Shown: one piece after another, positions 59,698-64,000 of the stretch
How positions within the stretch are numbered: position 1 is the first letter of the stretch
How the letters are laid out: the number at the start of each line of letters is the position of its first letter
Source of the DNA: Dehalococcoidia bacterium
GTDB lineage: Bacteria; Chloroflexota; Dehalococcoidia; UBA2979
Length of the DNA stretch: 64,000 bases
Reading direction: 5' to 3'
Assembly (NCBI GenBank): GCA_965262725.1
Contig: OZ253555.1
Span: forward strand, 1,792,001 to 1,856,000
Notes under the pieces: model-generated
The model's database searches: none
Told to the model about the DNA's origin: nothing
Seen by the model: only the letters and a program-made list of their open reading frames with translations
Position numbers and translations under genes: made by a program

Positions 59698-61340
59698 CCG
59701 GTGACCGGTGTTGAGCCGTGCGGAGGAGCGCGAAGCGGCCGTCGTGTGAGGTGCGGGAGCCGTTTGTGACTCCCGGAGGAGTGCGCGGCGCTGTCCGGGG
59801 CGTGTGATCAGCAGGGGAGACCGGCGCGGAGGCGATTGCGGACAGGCGGGCGCGCGGCGCTGGTCCGCGAGCGGCGAGGGGGAGCGGCGTCAGGTCGGGA
59901 GCGGGAGCGCGCGCAGCCGTGCGAGGGCATCGGTGAAGTGACCGGCCCATGGCCAGCGCGCCGGCAGATGGAGCGTGAACCGACGAGCAGAGCGGGTCAG
60001 CCGCCCGACGAGAGCGAAGAGCCGCCGCCGGAGCGTCCGGGTGGTGACGATGCGCTCGCCGAGCCCGAGCCGCGCCGTCCAGCGAGCGAGATTGTGGGCG
60101 ATCACCTGGACCGCGAGCCAGGCGCCGTTGGCGGCGAAGCGGCCGGACGGCAGGTGATTGAGCCCCACGCCGTACTTCAGGTCGCGGATCGCGTTCTCGA
60201 CCTCGGCGTGGCGGCGATGGTCGGCCTCCAGTTCGAGCGTCTCCCCGTCGCGGTCGGTGATGAAGGCGTGGTAGCTATACGTCGCGAAGAGAGCGAGCTG
60301 CGAACCAGGCGTCGGCCGCACGCGCCGGACGATGAGCCGCACCGGGACGGCGTCCGGCGCGTGTGCGAACGGCGTGTAGGTCGTCTCTGAGACATCGGCG
60401 CCGCCCTCCAGCCAGTACGGGATCGGCGTCCACTCCTGTTCGGGAATCGCCTCGGTCAGCTTCCGCAGCTTCGGATGCTGGCGGATCGTGACCGAGAAGC
60501 GGACATCCATCTCGCGGCAGGCAGCGACCACCGCGCGGGAGTAGAAGCCGCTGTCGGCGCGCACCGTGAGTTGCCCGTTCGCTCCGGCATCGCGGACTCG
60601 ACCCACCGTCTCCTGTAGGAAGTGGGCGGCGCCCCGGCCGCTGTACGCACGACCCCCGCGCAGCCGGGCCATCAGCACGTCACCCGTCCCGGCCGCCACC
60701 GCGAGCAGCGGGTGATAGCCGCGCGCACCGGTGTAGCCGGGGCGCTGCGCCCCCTCCTTGGCGAAGCCGTAGGTCTCGCACACCGTCGAATCGAGGTCGA
60801 TGGTGAATGGCGCCTCGCCGGGTCCGGCCCCGGCGGCCCAGGCGCGGGCAAGCAGCGCGCGACTGACGCGGTCGAGCTGGCGGACGTGGCCCCAGCGGAA
60901 ACTGCGTAGGAAGGTGCCGAGCGTGGATGGCGCCTTGACGGTGCATCCGAGAACGCGCTCTGTGCCGCCGGCGCGCAACGCATCGGCATCGTCGATGCAG
61001 TCGCCGCCCGCTAGCACGGAGGCGACGAGTGTCGCGACCTTGTCTCCCGCGTTCGCCCTGCCCGGTGCGTCGCCGAGGTCGAGGTGACGGTCGACCAGCT
61101 CCCGCAGGCCGAGACGTTCGGCGAGCGTGGCCGGCAGGAGCAGACCCGCGTGGGCCACCAGGCGGTCGTCGTCGAAGGCGATCGAGAGCCGGGCGGGGCT
61201 GCTCGGTGATAGCATCGAATGGGTGCTCCCTGTTTCCGGTGGATCGTTCGCTTCACGACCATTCTCCCAGATTCAGAGGAGCACCCAATTCCCTCTCTTC
61301 GCGACTGCATCCACGCTCTCCTTCGGTGCATCCGGGCTTA
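59698..61340 (-). mobile_element. IS1380 family insertion sequence (left boundary not resolved)
   Basis: Transposase plus a probable terminus TTCGGTGCATCCGGGCTTA ending near 61340. No clean matching inverted repeat seen at the other end. Confidence 0.55.
59890..61215 (-). CDS. IS1380 family transposase
   Basis: LVAHAGL, APSTLGTFLR, IDLDST, GYHPL, VRADSGFY, HRRHAEVENAIRDLK, LPSGRFAAN, LHLP..WPW. Confidence 0.92.
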   Translation of the reverse strand: MLSPSSPARLSIAFDDDRLVAHAGLLLPATLAERLGLRELVDRHLDLGDAPGRANAGDKVATLVASVLAGGDCIDDADALRAGGTERVLGCTVKAPSTLGTFLRSFRWGHVRQLDRVSRALLARAWAAGAGPGEAPFTIDLDSTVCETYGFAKEGAQRPGYTGARGYHPLLAVAAGTGDVLMARLRGGRAYSGRGAAHFLQETVGRVRDAGANGQLTVRADSGFYSRAVVAACREMDVRFSVTIRQHPKLRKLTEAIPEQEWTPIPYWLEGGADVSETTYTPFAHAPDAVPVRLIVRRVRPTPGSQLALFATYSYHAFITDRDGETLELEADHRRHAEVENAIRDLKYGVGLNHLPSGRFAANGAWLAVQVIAHNLARWTARLGLGERIVTTRTLRRRLFALVGRLTRSARRFTLHLPARWPWAGHFTDALARLRALPLPT

Positions 61341-61382
61341 CGGTGCTCGAGTCAGCCGGCGACCAGCGTTGGGTGGGACATC

Positions 61383-61596
61383 GTGTCGGTGTTGGCCCGG
61401 GGAGCCGCGCGACCGACGAGGCACGCACGCGTCTTCGTGATCGCGCTCCGCTCGACGTGGCTCGAGATGCGCACGCGCTCCGAGTTCATCTCCACGCTCG
61501 GGAACGGCGTGCCCCGCTTCGCCGTTCTCGCCTGGATCGCGGGTCAGAGCGAGGATTCGAGCGTGGTCGCGACCGTATCGGTCGGGATCGTGCTGC
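61383..61596 (+). CDS. ABC-2 type transporter permease, exon 1
   Basis: GTG 61383; ..RFAVLAWIAG..VATVSVGIVL plus 1 nt; interrupted at phase 1 by intron copy 2. Confidence 0.75.
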
Positions 61597-62458
61597 GTGC
61601 GTCCGGAAGTCGAAGGGGTGGTGACGTGATGACGTGACCGGTCCGGAGACATGCTCGTTGCTGCCAGCCGGTGAGAGTCCGGCACGGGTAACTGTCAGGA
61701 GGCCCGTTAGCAGGTCGGCGGCGTGGACGGGAAACGGTCTGCGTCGAAGCCCGACGTCAAGAGCCCTATGAGGGGGAGCAAACGTGCGGTCCGCAGCATG
61801 ACGCGAAGTCTGCCGCGCCGTGAGACTCGCCTGTCTATTGACAGGACCAAGGAGGAGCCGAGCCCGGGTGGTCAGGGCGAAGGCCATGGACGAGGTGAAG
61901 ATCCTGGAATGCAGCCTCAAGAAACCTCCCGGCGTATGGGACGTGGAACGTACGGAAGGTAGCGACGGGAACCGGAGAAGCCCTCCCCGGCCCGGCACCC
62001 TGTGAGAGGGCGTCGGAGCGAGGCGTCCTATAACCGGTCAGAGCCGGGAAGTGGACAGCCAGCCGGAAGGGTGGCGGAGGGGGTCGTAGTACCGCTGGAG
62101 CCGGACGGACAACATAACCGCCGGTGATGGGAAGGACCCCTACTTTGTCCGTGCATGTTGCTGGGGGTGTGGACTGGTGAGTGCCCCTCGGGGCTAGCAA
62201 CCACTTGGTAGGGTTCGAGGCTCTCCGCACATGCTGTACCGGCTGGCCAAGGCACGACCCACGTTGTGGGGAGCGCTGCATGCCATCTGGTGAAGGGCAT
62301 CGGTGAGCCGGATGAGGGAGAACCTCACGTCCGGTTCGATGTGGCAGGGGCTGGAGACGGACGCTGCTATGGCCGTGGAGTTGGGCACCACCGGGAAACC
62401 GGCTTGGAACTGATGCGCCACCGCCTACGGCTCGCACCGCGCCAGCCCCTGACCCTAC
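61597..62458 (+). mobile_element. ORF-less group II intron, copy 2 (862 nt)
   Basis: Line-by-line match to 30597-31458 from GTGCG to CCCTAC; flanks unrelated; no target-site duplication. Confidence 0.93.
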
Positions 62459-63060
62459 TCGTTATCTGGACGGCCGCGGCTTTCCGCGTCAGCTTCACCC
62501 TGCGGAATGAGGCGTTCCTCGGGACGCTCGACCTCAACATGCTCGGCCGCTCGCCGCTGGCTTTGATCACGCTCGGCAAGGCGGCCGCCGTCACGCTCTC
62601 CTTCGTCCCGAACGCGATCGCCGCCCTGATCGTCGTGTTCGCCGTCACGCGCCAGCCGATCACGGTCGCGGCGCTCCCTGCGTTCGCGGTCGCGATGACG
62701 CTGGCGATCCTCGCTCTCCTCGCGGTGGCGTTCGTGCTCTTGCCGATGCTCTTCATCATTGGGAACCGCGCCGGCTCCTTCGCCGCGATCACGCCCTTCG
62801 GCGCCGTGCTGTCGGGCTTCGTCTACCCGATCGATGTCCTCCCGGGCGCGCTCGAGGTCGTGGCCCGCCTCATGCCGACGTCGTGGGCGATGGAGACGGT
62901 CAGGTGGTCGATCTTCGGCGGCCACGACGCCTCCGACTTCGCCGGCCACTGGGCGGTCGCCGCCGCGCTGACCGCGCTCTACGTCGCGATCTCCGTGTGG
63001 CTCTTCCGGGTCGCGGAGACCCGCATACGCCGGAGCGGCAGCGTGGAGGGCGGGTTCTAG
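62459..63060 (+). CDS. ABC-2 type transporter permease, exon 2
   Basis: C+TC = Leu, then VIWTAAAF..LRNEAFLGTLD..SGFVYPIDVLP..PTSWAMETVR; spliced product 271 aa. Confidence 0.8.
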
Positions 63061-63061
63061 C

Positions 63062-63844
63062 ATGGCGGCATTCGCCGCGCAGTCGCGCCTCTCCTACGTC
63101 GCGCTCTTCTACTGGCTCTACCCGTGGGGCTACGTCTCGAACGTCATCCTCGCCCCGTTCTTCCAGCTGCTCACCTTCTCCCTGGTCGCCACCTACGCGA
63201 CCGGCGCCGAGTCGGCGCAGCGCTACATGGTGGGCATGATCACCTGGGCGATCGTCTGGATCGTGATCTCGGGGATCCTGCAGTCGTTCGCCTACGACCG
63301 GGGCTTCGGGACGCTCTCGCTGCTCTTCTCGACGCCGGTCTCGCGGCTGGGCGCGCTCACCGGCCGTGCCGCGCTGCACTTCCCGAACGGTGTGATCAGC
63401 GCCCTCGTGACGATCGCGCTGGCTGCGCTGTTCGCGGGTCTCGACGTGTCCTCGCTCGACTGGGGGACGGCGGCGGCCGCGGTGGTGATGATGTCGCTCG
63501 GCTGTACGACCCTCGGGCTGGTGCTGGGCTGCTGGACGGCGCTCACCCAGGACTGGTTCGTCTCCAACGCCGCGTCCCACGCGCTGCTCATCACCCTCAC
63601 CGGCGTACTGGTCCCCACGGCCGACCTCCCCCCGGTGGCCTCCGACGTCGGCGTGCTGCTGCCGCTGACGCACGGTGTCGAGGCGCTCAGGCAGGCGTTC
63701 GCCGGGGCTTCCATCGCCGATGTCGGAGACGAGCTCGTCCGCGAGGGGCTCGTGGCGCTGGCGTACGGCGTCGCGAGCTACGTCGCGTTTCGTCTGCTGG
63801 AGCGCCATGCCCGGCGCACCGGTGCCCTGGAGCTCACGGGCTAG
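63062..63844 (+). CDS. ABC-2 type transporter permease
   Basis: Multiple TM segments, YDRGFGTL, TGVLVP..LP, PLTHGVEALR. Confidence 0.88.
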   Translation: MAAFAAQSRLSYVALFYWLYPWGYVSNVILAPFFQLLTFSLVATYATGAESAQRYMVGMITWAIVWIVISGILQSFAYDRGFGTLSLLFSTPVSRLGALTGRAALHFPNGVISALVTIALAALFAGLDVSSLDWGTAAAAVVMMSLGCTTLGLVLGCWTALTQDWFVSNAASHALLITLTGVLVPTADLPPVASDVGVLLPLTHGVEALRQAFAGASIADVGDELVREGLVALAYGVASYVAFRLLERHARRTGALELTG

Positions 63845-63855
63845 GGAGGCTTGCC

Positions 63856-63999
63856 ATGGTGGACGGGCCAGCGATCGAGTGCGAGGAGCTCGGGCGCCTC
63901 TACGAGTCGCGGGGGCTGCTGGGGCGCCGCAGCGAGACGGTGGCGCTCGACGGGCTCACGCTCGATATCCCGCGCGGCGCGGTCTTCGGCCTGCTCGGC
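63856..63999 (+). CDS. ABC transporter ATP-binding protein (runs off the window edge)
   Basis: ATG after GGGAGG; MVDGPAIECEELGRLY..ALDGLTLDIPRGAVFGLLG (start of Walker A). Confidence 0.85.
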   Translation, partial: MVDGPAIECEELGRLYESRGLLGRRSETVALDGLTLDIPRGAVFGLLG

Positions 64000-64000
64000 C

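Noticed and set aside
30597-62458. The two intron copies are offset by exactly 31,000 bp
   Set aside because: Both insertions restore biologically sensible frames and fit a plausible EBS1 pairing, so the round number is treated as coincidence. A read-level check is still sensible.

Overview
Very GC-rich bacterial chromosomal segment. The gene set (PAC2 protein, GuaB3, paralogous luciferase-like monooxygenases, form I CO dehydrogenase, small Zn-ribbon protein, LRR/cadherin surface protein) suggests Chloroflexota/Dehalococcoidia, possibly host- or sponge-associated; this is inference only. It contains housekeeping genes (polyprenyl synthase, tatD, metG, guaB3, prmC), a PyrR-attenuated pyrimidine operon with embedded accessory genes, tRNA-Pro(TGG), egtB/egtD, a coxMSL cluster, an acyl-CoA catabolic cluster, a full-length RT-encoding group II intron and an IS1380. 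The main signal is two apparently identical 862-nt ORF-less group II introns (30597-31458 and 61597-62458). Each sits in sense orientation inside an unrelated protein-coding gene: a 1535-aa LRR/cadherin surface protein and a 271-aa ABC-2 permease. Precise excision of each copy restores the host reading frame, and domain IV keeps only a fused N-/C-terminal fossil of an intron-encoded protein. This points to a recently spreading, non-autonomous intron that makes ordinary genes splicing-dependent.
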